NCBI GenBank assembly: GCA_949297125.1
Contig: CASFRS010000002.1
Coordinates: 55,478-119,477, forward strand
Reading direction: 5' to 3'
DNA length: 64,000 bases
DNA from: an uncultured Bacteroidales bacterium
GTDB lineage: Bacteria; Bacteroidota; Bacteroidia; Bacteroidales; G3-4614
Shown here in pieces: positions 7,981 through 17,021 of this stretch. A program made the translations under genes and the position numbers. The notes under the pieces were generated by a model that searched no databases, was not told where the DNA came from, and worked only from the letters and a program-made list of their open reading frames with translations. Positions within the stretch are counted from its first letter, which is position 1. Every line of letters begins with the position of its first letter.

Positions 7981-9834
7981 TTATTTCTCCTCCGATAATT
8001 TAGTGAAACAATCCACAAGTTCGCTAACCATGAACGGTTGTCCCTGAACTTTGTTGTAACGCTCTACCACAAGGCCGGGCACCTTCGATACGAGGTGTGT
8101 GGCGAACTGTCCGCTGTTAAGCTCGCAAACGACTACCTTCCTGTAGTTGCGCAGCACCTCTGCAGTGTTTGCCGGCAGCGGGTTTATATAACGGAAGTGC
8201 GCAAGCGCGGTCTTCATCCCTTTGGCGTTCATCTCCTCGACGGCCGTTATAAGGTGTCCGTAAGTACCGCCCCATCCTACTACGAGCAGGTCGGCATCCG
8301 GATCGCCCTCTACCTTGAGCGGTTCTATGCAGTTCGCGATATAATCGACCTTCGCCTGACGCAGCGACACCATTTTCTGGTGGTTCTGCGGATCGGTGGA
8401 GATTGCGCTCGTTACCGAATCCTTTTCGAGCCCGCCCAAACGGTGCATGAACCCTTCGGTACCGGGAAGCGCCCAATAGCGCACTTTCGTCTCCTCGTCG
8501 CGCAGATAGGGACGCCATCCCTGCTCCAGCATTTCGGGTTTTACGTAGTTGGGCCTTATCTCCGGATATTCGTCCGTTTCCGGGATACGCCATGCCGACG
8601 AACCGTTTGCAATAAACGCATCGGTAAGGAGTATTACCGGGGTCATATGCTCGAGTGCTATTTTGGCGGCATTGAATGCCATGTCGAAACAGTCGGTGGG
8701 GGTAGTGGCGGCAACCACTACGGCAGGCGACTCGCCGTTACGCCCGTAGAGAGCCTGCAACAGATCGGTCTGTTCCGTCTTGGTGGGCATACCGGTAGAA
8801 GGCCCGCCGCGCTGCACGTCTATCACCACAAGCGGAAGTTCGGCCATTACGGCCAGTCCTATCGCCTCGCTCTTCAGCGCAAGGCCGGGGCCCGATGTGG
8901 ATGTAGCTGCAAGGTCGCCCGCAAATGCCGCACCTATTGCGGTACATACTCCCGCTATCTCGTCCTCGGCCTGAACCACCTTGACGCCGAGGTCCTTGCG
9001 TTTCGCCAGTTCGTGCAGTATATCGCTTGCGGGGGTTATCGGGTAACTGCCGAGGAAAAGGGGAAGCCCCGACTTTTCCGATGCGGCTATAAGCCCGAGA
9101 GCCGTTGCACGGTTTCCGCTTATGTCGGTATATATGCCCTTCTTCACGCTCTTCGTTTCGATACGGTAAGTAGAGACGGATGCGTGTATGTTGTTCCCGT
9201 AGTTGTAACCGTCGGTCATAACCTTTATGTTGGCCTCGAGAACGGTAGGTTTCTTCGAGAACTTGTTCTGGAGCAGGTGTGCAGCCTGGTCCAGGGGACG
9301 GTCGAAGAGCCAGCATACCAGCCCGAGGGCGAACATGTTCTTGCAACGCATTATCGACTTGTTGTCCATTCCCGTATCGGCGAGCGATGCAGCGACCATT
9401 GACGAAATGGGTACGGGCACTTTCTGTATCGAAGCCGCGCCTATCTCGGCAAACGGGTCGTCGGTCTTGAAAGCCGCCTTGTCCAGATCGCTCTTCGCGA
9501 ACGAATCGGTATCGAATATTACAACTCCGTCGCTCTTTACGAACTTGATATTCGTTTTCAATGCTGCCGGATTCATTGCCACAAGGACATCGGCCTTGTC
9601 GCCCGGCGTATGAACTCCGCTGCCTATATGTACCTGGAATCCCGATACGCCGCCGAGAGTCCCCTGCGGGGCGCGAATCTCGGCAGGATAATCCGGGAAC
9701 GTGGAAATTTCGTTACCTATGGCAGCCGATATATTGGAGAAGATGTTTCCTGCAAGCTGCATTCCGTCGCCGGAATCGCCCGAAAAGCGAACAACCACTT
9801 TCTCCACTTCTTTTACTTTTGTTTGTGCTGACAT
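7981..9834 (-). CDS. korA: 2-oxoglutarate/2-oxoacid:ferredoxin oxidoreductase subunit alpha
   Basis: 617 aa and alpha-subunit-like (GDSGDGMQLAG..., GSYPITPASDILHEL). Its stop is 2 nt before the korB start. Confidence 0.9.
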   Translation of the reverse strand: MSAQTKVKEVEKVVVRFSGDSGDGMQLAGNIFSNISAAIGNEISTFPDYPAEIRAPQGTLGGVSGFQVHIGSGVHTPGDKADVLVAMNPAALKTNIKFVKSDGVVIFDTDSFAKSDLDKAAFKTDDPFAEIGAASIQKVPVPISSMVAASLADTGMDNKSIMRCKNMFALGLVCWLFDRPLDQAAHLLQNKFSKKPTVLEANIKVMTDGYNYGNNIHASVSTYRIETKSVKKGIYTDISGNRATALGLIAASEKSGLPLFLGSYPITPASDILHELAKRKDLGVKVVQAEDEIAGVCTAIGAAFAGDLAATSTSGPGLALKSEAIGLAVMAELPLVVIDVQRGGPSTGMPTKTEQTDLLQALYGRNGESPAVVVAATTPTDCFDMAFNAAKIALEHMTPVILLTDAFIANGSSAWRIPETDEYPEIRPNYVKPEMLEQGWRPYLRDEETKVRYWALPGTEGFMHRLGGLEKDSVTSAISTDPQNHQKMVSLRQAKVDYIANCIEPLKVEGDPDADLLVVGWGGTYGHLITAVEEMNAKGMKTALAHFRYINPLPANTAEVLRNYRKVVVCELNSGQFATHLVSKVPGLVVERYNKVQGQPFMVSELVDCFTKLSEEK

Positions 9835-10146
9835 TTCCTGATTCAGATTTATTGTAGAAAATAATATTGTTTTTGATTCCTGTTGTCAGTTCAAAGGGGG
9901 CGATACGCAATAAAAGGACGACACCCCTTCGGCGACAGGCCGCCGGACTCAGCGGTTACATATTGCAATACCATGCAGTTTTTATGCAACTATTTTAATC
10001 CATTAGCGGGCTAACGCAGTGCAAAGGAACAAAAAAATACGCATATACGCAACCATTTTATAAAATTATGTATACAAGTTGCAGAATTATGCATAAACTT
10101 GCATAATATACACAATTTTATACACTGCCGGGAGGTGGATTGAAAT

Positions 10147-10677
10147 CTATATGCACAATAAAAGGCAAAGGCGCTCGAGCGCATCCTGTACGTCGTCCCT
10201 GTTCATCAACGCCCCCACATCGAAACGGAGGGTCGCCATGTTGTAGAATTTTTCCCTCCGGCCGAGGGTTACGGCAATATATTCGCGCAGCTCGTCGCGG
10301 CTTTTCCCTTTCAAAAGCGGGCGCGAGCTGCTGTATTTCTCCACGCGCCGGAGAAGTTCTTCCTGCGTGCTGTAAAGGTAGACCGACTTTCCACGGGAAT
10401 TTATATACTCCATATTGTCGAAAAAGCAGGGAGTCCCGCCCCCGGCGGCAATAATGGCCCGCCCTTCGCTTTCGGCCATTTCATGCAATGCCCTACGCTC
10501 AATCTCGCGGAAGCCGGCTTCGCCGCATTCGTCGAAAATAGCGTTTACGCTCTTCCCCTGCTGTTCCACTATATATTCGTCGAGGTCGACAAACCCGCAT
10601 CCTGCGCGTTCAGCCAGCAGGCGTCCCAGGGTCGTCTTGCCGGAACACATGAATCCTATCAAAAAAATTCTCTCCAT
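10147..10677 (-). CDS. aroK: shikimate kinase
   Basis: Track ORF 10147..11112 carries an implausible 145-aa extension. The conserved start is the ATG at 10677, giving MERIFLIGFMCSGKTTLGRLLA (Walker A), ...RxxE..., GGG. Confidence 0.9.
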   Translation of the reverse strand: MERIFLIGFMCSGKTTLGRLLAERAGCGFVDLDEYIVEQQGKSVNAIFDECGEAGFREIERRALHEMAESEGRAIIAAGGGTPCFFDNMEYINSRGKSVYLYSTQEELLRRVEKYSSSRPLLKGKSRDELREYIAVTLGRREKFYNMATLRFDVGALMNRDDVQDALERLCLLLCI

Positions 10678-10722
10678 ATCAAGAAGTTGCAAAAGGGACA
10701 CATACCCGCCCCAAAGCGGGGG

Positions 10723-10753
10723 CAAAGATAATACTCCACCGCCAAGATTCAAA
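10723..10753 (-). promoter_or_regulatory. aroK promoter
   Basis: Minus strand TTTG (10753-10750), a 19-nt spacer, then TATCTTTG (10730-10723). This is a full match to the Bacteroides -33/-7 consensus, about 45 nt upstream of the ATG. Confidence 0.5.
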
Positions 10754-10848
10754 AAGGGGGAGTTCTGACAACTCTTTTTTATCATCGCCCCATATCCCCA
10801 CCTTTTCTGAACAGGAAACAATACAGCACTGCTTACAGTTACCGAAGT

Positions 10849-10879
10849 TTTGCCTGTAGCGCCGTTTGATGTATCTTTG
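10849..10879 (+). promoter_or_regulatory. rnhA promoter
   Basis: TTTG (10849-10852), a 19-nt spacer, then TATCTTTG (10872-10879), 30 nt upstream of the ATG at 10909. Confidence 0.5.
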
Positions 10880-10908
10880 CTGCAGGACGGCAAAAAACTA
10901 AAGGAAGC

Positions 10909-11529
10909 ATGGCCTCTAAAAACAGATATTACGTAGTATGGAACGGCGTCAATCCGGGGATATACAAGACCTGGAACGAATGCCAGTTGCAGATAAAAGG
11001 ATTCAAGGGGGCCGTATACAAAGGGTTCGGCACGCTGGAAGAGGCCGAAAAGGCATATTCCGAAGCCCCTTGTTTCCGGGGGAAAAGCGCACCGGAACAG
11101 AAAGCCCCCCATAAAATACCGGAGAACCTTGCCGATGCCGTAGCCGTCGATGCATCATGCCTCGGCAATCCCGGGAAAATGGAATACCGCGGTGTTTGGG
11201 TGGCCGACGGCGCACCCGTCTTCAAGGCCGGGCCTTTCGAGGACGGGACAAACAACATCGGCGAGTTCCTTGCCATTGTCCATGCGCTTGCATGGATGGA
11301 ACAGAACGGGGCGCATTTTACCGTATGCAGCGACAGCCGCAATGCAATATCGTGGGTAAAGCAGAAAAAATGCAAGACCAAACTCGGGCGCACGGGCCGC
11401 AACGACAAGGTTTTTGAACTGATTGCCCGGGCCGAAAGGTGGCTCGCAACACATCCGGTAAATGTCCCCATAGTAAAGTGGGAAACGAAATTGTGGGGAG
11501 AGATTCCCGCCGACTTCGGGCGCAAATAG
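10909..11529 (+). CDS. rnhA: ribonuclease HI with N-terminal hybrid-binding domain
   Basis: 206 aa. The N-terminal HBD-like segment is YYVVWNGVNPGIYKTWNECQLQIKGFKGAVYKGFGTLEEAEKAY. It is followed by an RNase H1 core (VDASC..., NNIGEFLAIVHAL, CSDS). Confidence 0.85.
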   Translation: MASKNRYYVVWNGVNPGIYKTWNECQLQIKGFKGAVYKGFGTLEEAEKAYSEAPCFRGKSAPEQKAPHKIPENLADAVAVDASCLGNPGKMEYRGVWVADGAPVFKAGPFEDGTNNIGEFLAIVHALAWMEQNGAHFTVCSDSRNAISWVKQKKCKTKLGRTGRNDKVFELIARAERWLATHPVNVPIVKWETKLWGEIPADFGRK

Positions 11530-11589
11530 CCGCGTTGCGGAGAGCGGGAAATGCGTAACATATCAGCAACAGACAATACAACCGGAAAT

Positions 11590-12726
11590 ATGATAATAGG
11601 ATTCGACGGAAAAAGGGCGGTGTTGAACTTTACCGGTTTGGGCAATTACAGCCGGTTTATAATTTCGGCCCTCAACCGCAATTACCCCGACAACACGTAC
11701 AAGGTCTTTTCGCCTGAAGCGAAAGGGAGCGGCGAGTTGGAGAGCATGCTGCAGGCGAACACCTCCGTACACCTGCCGCAGCGTTTTATCGACAAAAAAC
11801 TGCCGTCGCTATGGCGCACCAAACGGATTGTCGCCGACCTTAAAAATGAAGGGGTCGGACTCTACCACGGCCTCAGCAACGAAATACCCGTAGGGATAGA
11901 AGAGAGCGGCATAAAAAGCGTTGTTACAATCCACGACCTTATTTTCCTGCGCTACCCGGAATATTACAAGCCGGTAGACCGGAAAATCTACGACCGCAAG
12001 TTTCGGAGCGCATCGGAGAGGAGCGACCGCATAATCGCCGTAAGCGAATGCACCAAACGCGACATAATATCGTTCTACGGTATCCCCGCCGGAAAAATAG
12101 ACGTCGTTTACCAGGGATTCCACCCGATATTTTCCGCCGCTCCCGGCGAAGTGGAGCAACTTGAGATAAAGAAATTGTACTCGCTGCCCGAACGGTTCGT
12201 CCTGTGCGTAGGGACGGTCGAGGAGAGGAAAAACCTGATACTGCTGGCCAAGGCTCTTCGCCGTCTGCCGGAAGATATCCACCTCGTTGCGGCAGGCAAA
12301 CGCACGCCGTACGCCGAAAAGGTTGAAAAATACTGCGCGGAAAAAGGCTTGTCGAAACGCCTCCATATTATAGAGGGAGTCCCGTTCCGACTGTTGCCGG
12401 CGCTCTACTCGCTGGCATCGGCATTCGCATACCCGTCGCGGTTCGAAGGATTCGGCATACCGATAATAGAAGCGTTGCAAACGGGAATCCCCGTACTTGC
12501 CGCCACAGGGTCGTGCCTGGAGGAGGCCGGAGGGAATGGAGCGTTGTATGTAAACCCCGACGATGCGGAAGCCGCGGCCGATGCGCTTGAACGGCTGCTG
12601 TACGACGCCGGCCTTACGGCAAGGCTGAAAGCCGCAGGGAAGGAACAGATACGGAAGTTCTCTCCCGAAAACATAGCAAACGGGGTAAACGGAGTTTACA
12701 GGAAAGTAACGGGAAAATCGCTCTAA
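11590..12726 (+). CDS. glycosyltransferase family 4 (GT-B)
   Basis: The track ORF starts at ATG 11551. The internal ATG at 11590 gives MIIGFDGKRAVLNFTGLGNYSR, the usual N-terminus of this GT4 subfamily. The C-terminal E-x7-E-like block is PSRFEGFGIPIIEAL. Confidence 0.8.
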   Translation: MIIGFDGKRAVLNFTGLGNYSRFIISALNRNYPDNTYKVFSPEAKGSGELESMLQANTSVHLPQRFIDKKLPSLWRTKRIVADLKNEGVGLYHGLSNEIPVGIEESGIKSVVTIHDLIFLRYPEYYKPVDRKIYDRKFRSASERSDRIIAVSECTKRDIISFYGIPAGKIDVVYQGFHPIFSAAPGEVEQLEIKKLYSLPERFVLCVGTVEERKNLILLAKALRRLPEDIHLVAAGKRTPYAEKVEKYCAEKGLSKRLHIIEGVPFRLLPALYSLASAFAYPSRFEGFGIPIIEALQTGIPVLAATGSCLEEAGGNGALYVNPDDAEAAADALERLLYDAGLTARLKAAGKEQIRKFSPENIANGVNGVYRKVTGKSL

Positions 12727-13799
12727 TTTCCGAGCATATCCAGATAGAGTTCAATATAGCCGGAAGCACATTTCTCCCATGAAAAACGGCTGCTCCAGCG
12801 ACGCACCTCGTCGGGCGACCCCGAAACGCGCCACTCTTCCAACCCTTTCTTTACGACTGAAGCCATAGCCTTCGGTTCAAGCTCGTCCCAATAACAGGCA
12901 TATTCCCCTCCCACTTCGGGCAACGAAGTAAGGCGCGACAGGAATACCGGCTTGCCGAAGCGCATCGCTTCCAGCGGCGGCAACCCGAACCCCTCGCACA
13001 ACGACGGGAAGAGAAAAGCCTTGCAGCGGGCAAACAGCAGGCTCTTGACGGTATTGTCCACATTTGCCAGCGGTATAACATTGGTTATCCGCTTTCTCGC
13101 AATCTTGTCCTTCAGGTAGTCGCCGTACGGCGTATTCCAGTTCCCCGCGAGAAGCAGTTTCTCGTCGGGCAGGTAACACATCATATCGATAAGCAATTCG
13201 GGGTTCTTCTTCGGCTGGAGGCTCGAAATGTGGAACAGGAACCCTTCGCCCGTTTCGGGATAGAGCGATGCAGCAGCGGCAGCTTCGGCTGTAAGGTCGG
13301 AAACGCCGTTATAGATAACCGATAGCGGTTTGTCCAGATCCGGATAGAGGCGGCGCACGTCATTCTCCACAAAGCGAGAGATAACCACCACGCGGTCGGC
13401 CTCCGATATGCGCCGCGCTATTTTCCGCCTGTACTTCTCTATCTTCCGTCCTGTCTTCTCGTATATGAAATTTATGTCGTGCAGCGTAAGGAGCGATTTT
13501 TTTGACGACCGCATGAATTTTACCAGACAGAACTGGTGTACGGCATGGAAAAGGTCGCACCGATACGGGAAATAGCGGTAAAGCGTCCGGGTAAACTTGT
13601 TCCCGACAAGATATTCCACGTCATCGCCGAAATGCCCCACAAGTTCGCGCGGCACTATATAACAGAGCGTAATGCCGCTACCTTTAAGGTCTGACGCCCG
13701 GGCATACAACGCTTCGGCCAGTTTGTACGAATACTCCCCAACTCCCACGTTCCGGTTTCCCGCCGTATAAAAATCGATGATTATCCTGCGTCCTCGCAT
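12723..13799 (-). CDS. glycosyltransferase family 4 (GT-B)
   Basis: 358 aa with a GT4 C-terminal block (FPSLCEGFGLPPLEAM). It is the last gene of the minus-strand glycan operon. Its stop overlaps the convergent GT4 stop by 4 nt. Confidence 0.8.
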   Translation of the reverse strand: MRGRRIIIDFYTAGNRNVGVGEYSYKLAEALYARASDLKGSGITLCYIVPRELVGHFGDDVEYLVGNKFTRTLYRYFPYRCDLFHAVHQFCLVKFMRSSKKSLLTLHDINFIYEKTGRKIEKYRRKIARRISEADRVVVISRFVENDVRRLYPDLDKPLSVIYNGVSDLTAEAAAAASLYPETGEGFLFHISSLQPKKNPELLIDMMCYLPDEKLLLAGNWNTPYGDYLKDKIARKRITNVIPLANVDNTVKSLLFARCKAFLFPSLCEGFGLPPLEAMRFGKPVFLSRLTSLPEVGGEYACYWDELEPKAMASVVKKGLEEWRVSGSPDEVRRWSSRFSWEKCASGYIELYLDMLGN

Positions 13800-14977
13800 A
13801 CTTCCTGACTGTTAATCAAACTGTCGAGCGCATCCCTCCACTGCCCCACCGTAATATCAATAGAAAAGCGGGACAGGTTTCCGGCAGCGCATTTCCGTAT
13901 CCGCTCCCTCAATGCGCCGTCCGTCATCAACTCCGACAAACGCAGCGCATATTCGTCTTCATCGAACGGCTTTACCAGTACGCCGTTCACACCGTCGGGC
14001 GACAGAATCTCCTCTACTCCGGCGCTGCAATTGAAAGCTACCGGCACGCACCCGTAATTCTGCGCTTCGATAAGTACCATAGGCCACCCTTCAAAGAACG
14101 AAGTGAGGCACAAAATTTCGGATGCTCCATAGTAAGCCGAAACATCTTTGGCATATCCGCAAAACTCGACCCTTTCCAGACCCAGGTTGCCGGAAAGGGT
14201 TTTAAGCGTGTCGCCCTCGGGCCCTTCGCCCACTATCCTTACGCTCCATTCGGGGAAACGCGGCTCCAGCTTCGCCCAGATGCGCAACAGCCTGTCCACC
14301 CGCTTGTCGGCATAAGTCAGCCGACCCACATACAAAAGCGTCTTTTCGCGACGGCATTGCAAGTTGTCCGCAGGCAACAGGGGGTTGGTAAAAACGCGGA
14401 ACTTGGACCCGGCATACTCCACGCCGATACCTTCGGCTATAACTCTCCCGTAATTGCCGCACAGCACCCCGAACATATCGACACTGTCGTACAATGCCCG
14501 GTACCTCTTCCTGAGCGAACGGCCGAACAGTCCGGACGAAAATTTCCACGCCCTGAGCAGATACCACTCCAGCCACTTGCCGGCCGATTCCGAAGCCTTG
14601 TGGCGTCCGTTTTCCCTTTTGAAATCCGTTTCCCAGAACGGTGGATTATGGCTTACGAACAGGGTTTTGCACCCTGTCGTTTCCTTAAGCTGCCGGAAGT
14701 ACGGCAATATGAACCCTGCCGAAACGAATACCGAAACTGAATCGGACTTTACGGCTTCGCAGACAAACGGCAGATTCCGGCCGTCGTTCGCCCCGTAAGG
14801 GAGAATACGGTATTTTACACGGCTTGCCGACGGCGGGAGTTTTTCCTTATCGACACGGTGGGCGAATACGAAGACTTCGTATCCTGCGTTTTCAAGATAA
14901 GGGACAAGGTTAATCGTAACCTGCTCGCCCCCGCCCTTGGGAAACTCATCGTGCAAAAAGGCTATCCGCATATTCAT
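13781..14977 (-). CDS. glycosyltransferase family 4 (GT-B)
   Basis: The track ORF begins at TTG 14986; ATGs at 14977 and 14971 give M(NM)RIAFLHDEFPKGGGEQV. GT4 block: TSFFEGWPMVLIEAQ. It overlaps the next gene by 19 nt. Confidence 0.8.
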   Translation of the reverse strand: MNMRIAFLHDEFPKGGGEQVTINLVPYLENAGYEVFVFAHRVDKEKLPPSASRVKYRILPYGANDGRNLPFVCEAVKSDSVSVFVSAGFILPYFRQLKETTGCKTLFVSHNPPFWETDFKRENGRHKASESAGKWLEWYLLRAWKFSSGLFGRSLRKRYRALYDSVDMFGVLCGNYGRVIAEGIGVEYAGSKFRVFTNPLLPADNLQCRREKTLLYVGRLTYADKRVDRLLRIWAKLEPRFPEWSVRIVGEGPEGDTLKTLSGNLGLERVEFCGYAKDVSAYYGASEILCLTSFFEGWPMVLIEAQNYGCVPVAFNCSAGVEEILSPDGVNGVLVKPFDEDEYALRLSELMTDGALRERIRKCAAGNLSRFSIDITVGQWRDALDSLINSQEVCEDAG

Positions 14978-15020
14978 ACCGTGCAAGTTCCGTACAGGAC
15001 ATTACATACACAAACGCCGT

Positions 15021-16172
15021 TTATCCGAAATATTCCTCGACGGTATCGCAGATATAATCCACCTGCCCGTCGGTCAGTTCATAGAAAAGCGGCAGGCGCA
15101 GCAGAGAATCGGCAAAACGGTCGCAGTTGGGCAGCTCGCCGCCCCTGTATTTATCTTTGTAGTATTCGCTCTTGTGCAGCGACAGATAATGCGATACGGC
15201 CAGGATACCGTGCTCTTTCAAATGCCGCATCAGTGCGCTGCGCTCTTCCAGCCCGTTGCACACGATGTAGAACATGTGGGCGTTGTTTTCGGCATAGTCG
15301 GGAATGACCGGCATACTGAAACACCCTTTGGCCGAAACAGGGGCAAGCCTTTGGTAATACCGCTGCCATATCGCCTTGCGTCGCGACTGTATTTTATCCG
15401 CCTGCTCGCACTGCGCCATAAGGAATGCGGCAATGACTTCCGACGGGAGGAACGAACTCCCCGTATCGACCCAGCCGTACTTATTCACCTCGCCCCTGAA
15501 AAACTCGGCGCGGTTTGTCCCTTTCTCCCATATTATCTCCGAACGGCGAACGAACCTCTCGTCGTTTACGGCCAGCATACCGCCTTCGCCCGAAATTATG
15601 TTCTTGGTTTCGTGAAACGAAAATGCAGCCAAATCGCCTATGCTGCCCAACGGCATCCGCTTTCCCGTTGCGGGCGACGTGTAATGCGAATCTATCGCTT
15701 GTGCGGCATCCTCAACCAACAGAAGCGAATATTTGTCGGCCAGCGAGCGGAGCTTGTCCATGTCGCATGCCACGCCGGCATAGTGGACTGGCACTATGGC
15801 CTTGGTCCTTTCGGTAATCAAACCTTCCACCGCATCGGCATCGATATTGGGATTGTCGGGATAACTGTCGGCAAAGACTATATCCGCCCCTTCACGCACA
15901 AAGGCCAACGCCGTTGACACGAACGTATAGGAGGGGACTATAACCTCGTCGCCCGGTTTCACGTCCGACAGAATGGCGCACATCTCCAGCGCATCGGTAC
16001 ACGATGTTGTCAGCAGCGTCTTCAAAAAGCCGTACCTGCTGCAGAACCACTTCTGGCACTCCTGGGTAAAATAGCCGTTTCCCGAAATTTTTCCGGTACT
16101 CACGGCTTTCTCTATATACTCTGTCTCTTTCCCCGTCAGGAAAGGTTTGTTAAACGGAATGCTGATACTCAT
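15021..16172 (-). CDS. wecE: dTDP-4-amino-4,6-dideoxygalactose transaminase-like (DegT/DnrJ/EryC1 family)
   Basis: 383 aa. From memory it aligns closely with E. coli WecE along its whole length: PSYTFVSTA.AFV, VPVHYAGVAC.MD, FSFHETKN, EKGTNR..FFRG.V.KY.W.D.GSS, NAHMFYI, LLRLPLFY. Confidence 0.8.
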   Translation of the reverse strand: MSISIPFNKPFLTGKETEYIEKAVSTGKISGNGYFTQECQKWFCSRYGFLKTLLTTSCTDALEMCAILSDVKPGDEVIVPSYTFVSTALAFVREGADIVFADSYPDNPNIDADAVEGLITERTKAIVPVHYAGVACDMDKLRSLADKYSLLLVEDAAQAIDSHYTSPATGKRMPLGSIGDLAAFSFHETKNIISGEGGMLAVNDERFVRRSEIIWEKGTNRAEFFRGEVNKYGWVDTGSSFLPSEVIAAFLMAQCEQADKIQSRRKAIWQRYYQRLAPVSAKGCFSMPVIPDYAENNAHMFYIVCNGLEERSALMRHLKEHGILAVSHYLSLHKSEYYKDKYRGGELPNCDRFADSLLRLPLFYELTDGQVDYICDTVEEYFG

Positions 16173-16185
16173 GATTATTCTGATT

Positions 16186-17019
16186 TTATCTCTTTATCCC
16201 TAATATTTTTCTCAACCAAAACAGCACTTTTATACATTTCCGCGTATAATGTTGCATCCACGACGAATCGAGGAATTCCTGCGTACGGGCTTTCGTTATG
16301 TAACCGAACACGCACTCCCTCTCTCGCGCGCTGTCGTAAAGGCCGACAAAACAACGGTCGAAATTCTCCGTCAGGAATTTACGGTGTTCGTCCTCGGTAA
16401 GGGTGGCCATTTCGGGCTTGAGACTTATTCCGTAATCGTTGAAAAACGCGATATTCAAACCGATGCGTTTTACCGAACAACCGTTTTTGATTATCTGGGT
16501 AACGAAAAAAGCCCAGTCGGAAACTATACGGAACTCTTCATTGTACAAGCCCCCGTCGAAAAGCGTGCGCTTTATGAACGATGACGGGTGTCCGATAGAA
16601 TATATCAGCAAATCGGTATATGTAAGGGGGCGTTTGTACTCCACCGGCAATAACGTGCCGTCTCTCTTCACATACGTAAAATTACCGTAAACTATATCGT
16701 CGGTAACAGGCTCGGCAAAGACTTTGGCCAACACGTCATCGGCCAGCCAGTCGCCGCTGTTTATAAACAGCAGGTATTCCCCTTTGGCCCTGACTATCCC
16801 CTTGTTCATCGCGCTGTAAATCCCCTTGTCGGGTTCGCTTACCCAATATGCGAGTCTGTCGGCATATCTTTTTATCACCTCCACGCTCCCGTCGGTCGAT
16901 GCCCCGTCGATGACTATATGTTCAAAATCGGAGAATGACTGCCGCTCCCAGACAGACGAGAGGGTTTTCTGCAATCCGTCCGCGTCATTAAGGTTTATCG
17001 TTATAACCGAAAGTTTCAT
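16186..17019 (-). CDS. glycosyltransferase family 2
   Basis: The track ORF starts at TTG 17025; the ATG at 17019 gives MKLSVITINLNDADGL.... GT-A pattern with a DGASTDGS block and a DxD-like region. It is a paralog of 21120-21935. Confidence 0.85.
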   Translation of the reverse strand: MKLSVITINLNDADGLQKTLSSVWERQSFSDFEHIVIDGASTDGSVEVIKRYADRLAYWVSEPDKGIYSAMNKGIVRAKGEYLLFINSGDWLADDVLAKVFAEPVTDDIVYGNFTYVKRDGTLLPVEYKRPLTYTDLLIYSIGHPSSFIKRTLFDGGLYNEEFRIVSDWAFFVTQIIKNGCSVKRIGLNIAFFNDYGISLKPEMATLTEDEHRKFLTENFDRCFVGLYDSARERECVFGYITKARTQEFLDSSWMQHYTRKCIKVLFWLRKILGIKR

Positions 17020-17021
17020 AA

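Noticed and set aside
10678-11112. 145-codon N-terminal extension of shikimate kinase in track ORF 10147-11112.
   Set aside because: It overlaps the divergent promoter region and the rnhA coding sequence on the other strand. A full-consensus promoter sits at 10753-10723, downstream of the supposed start.
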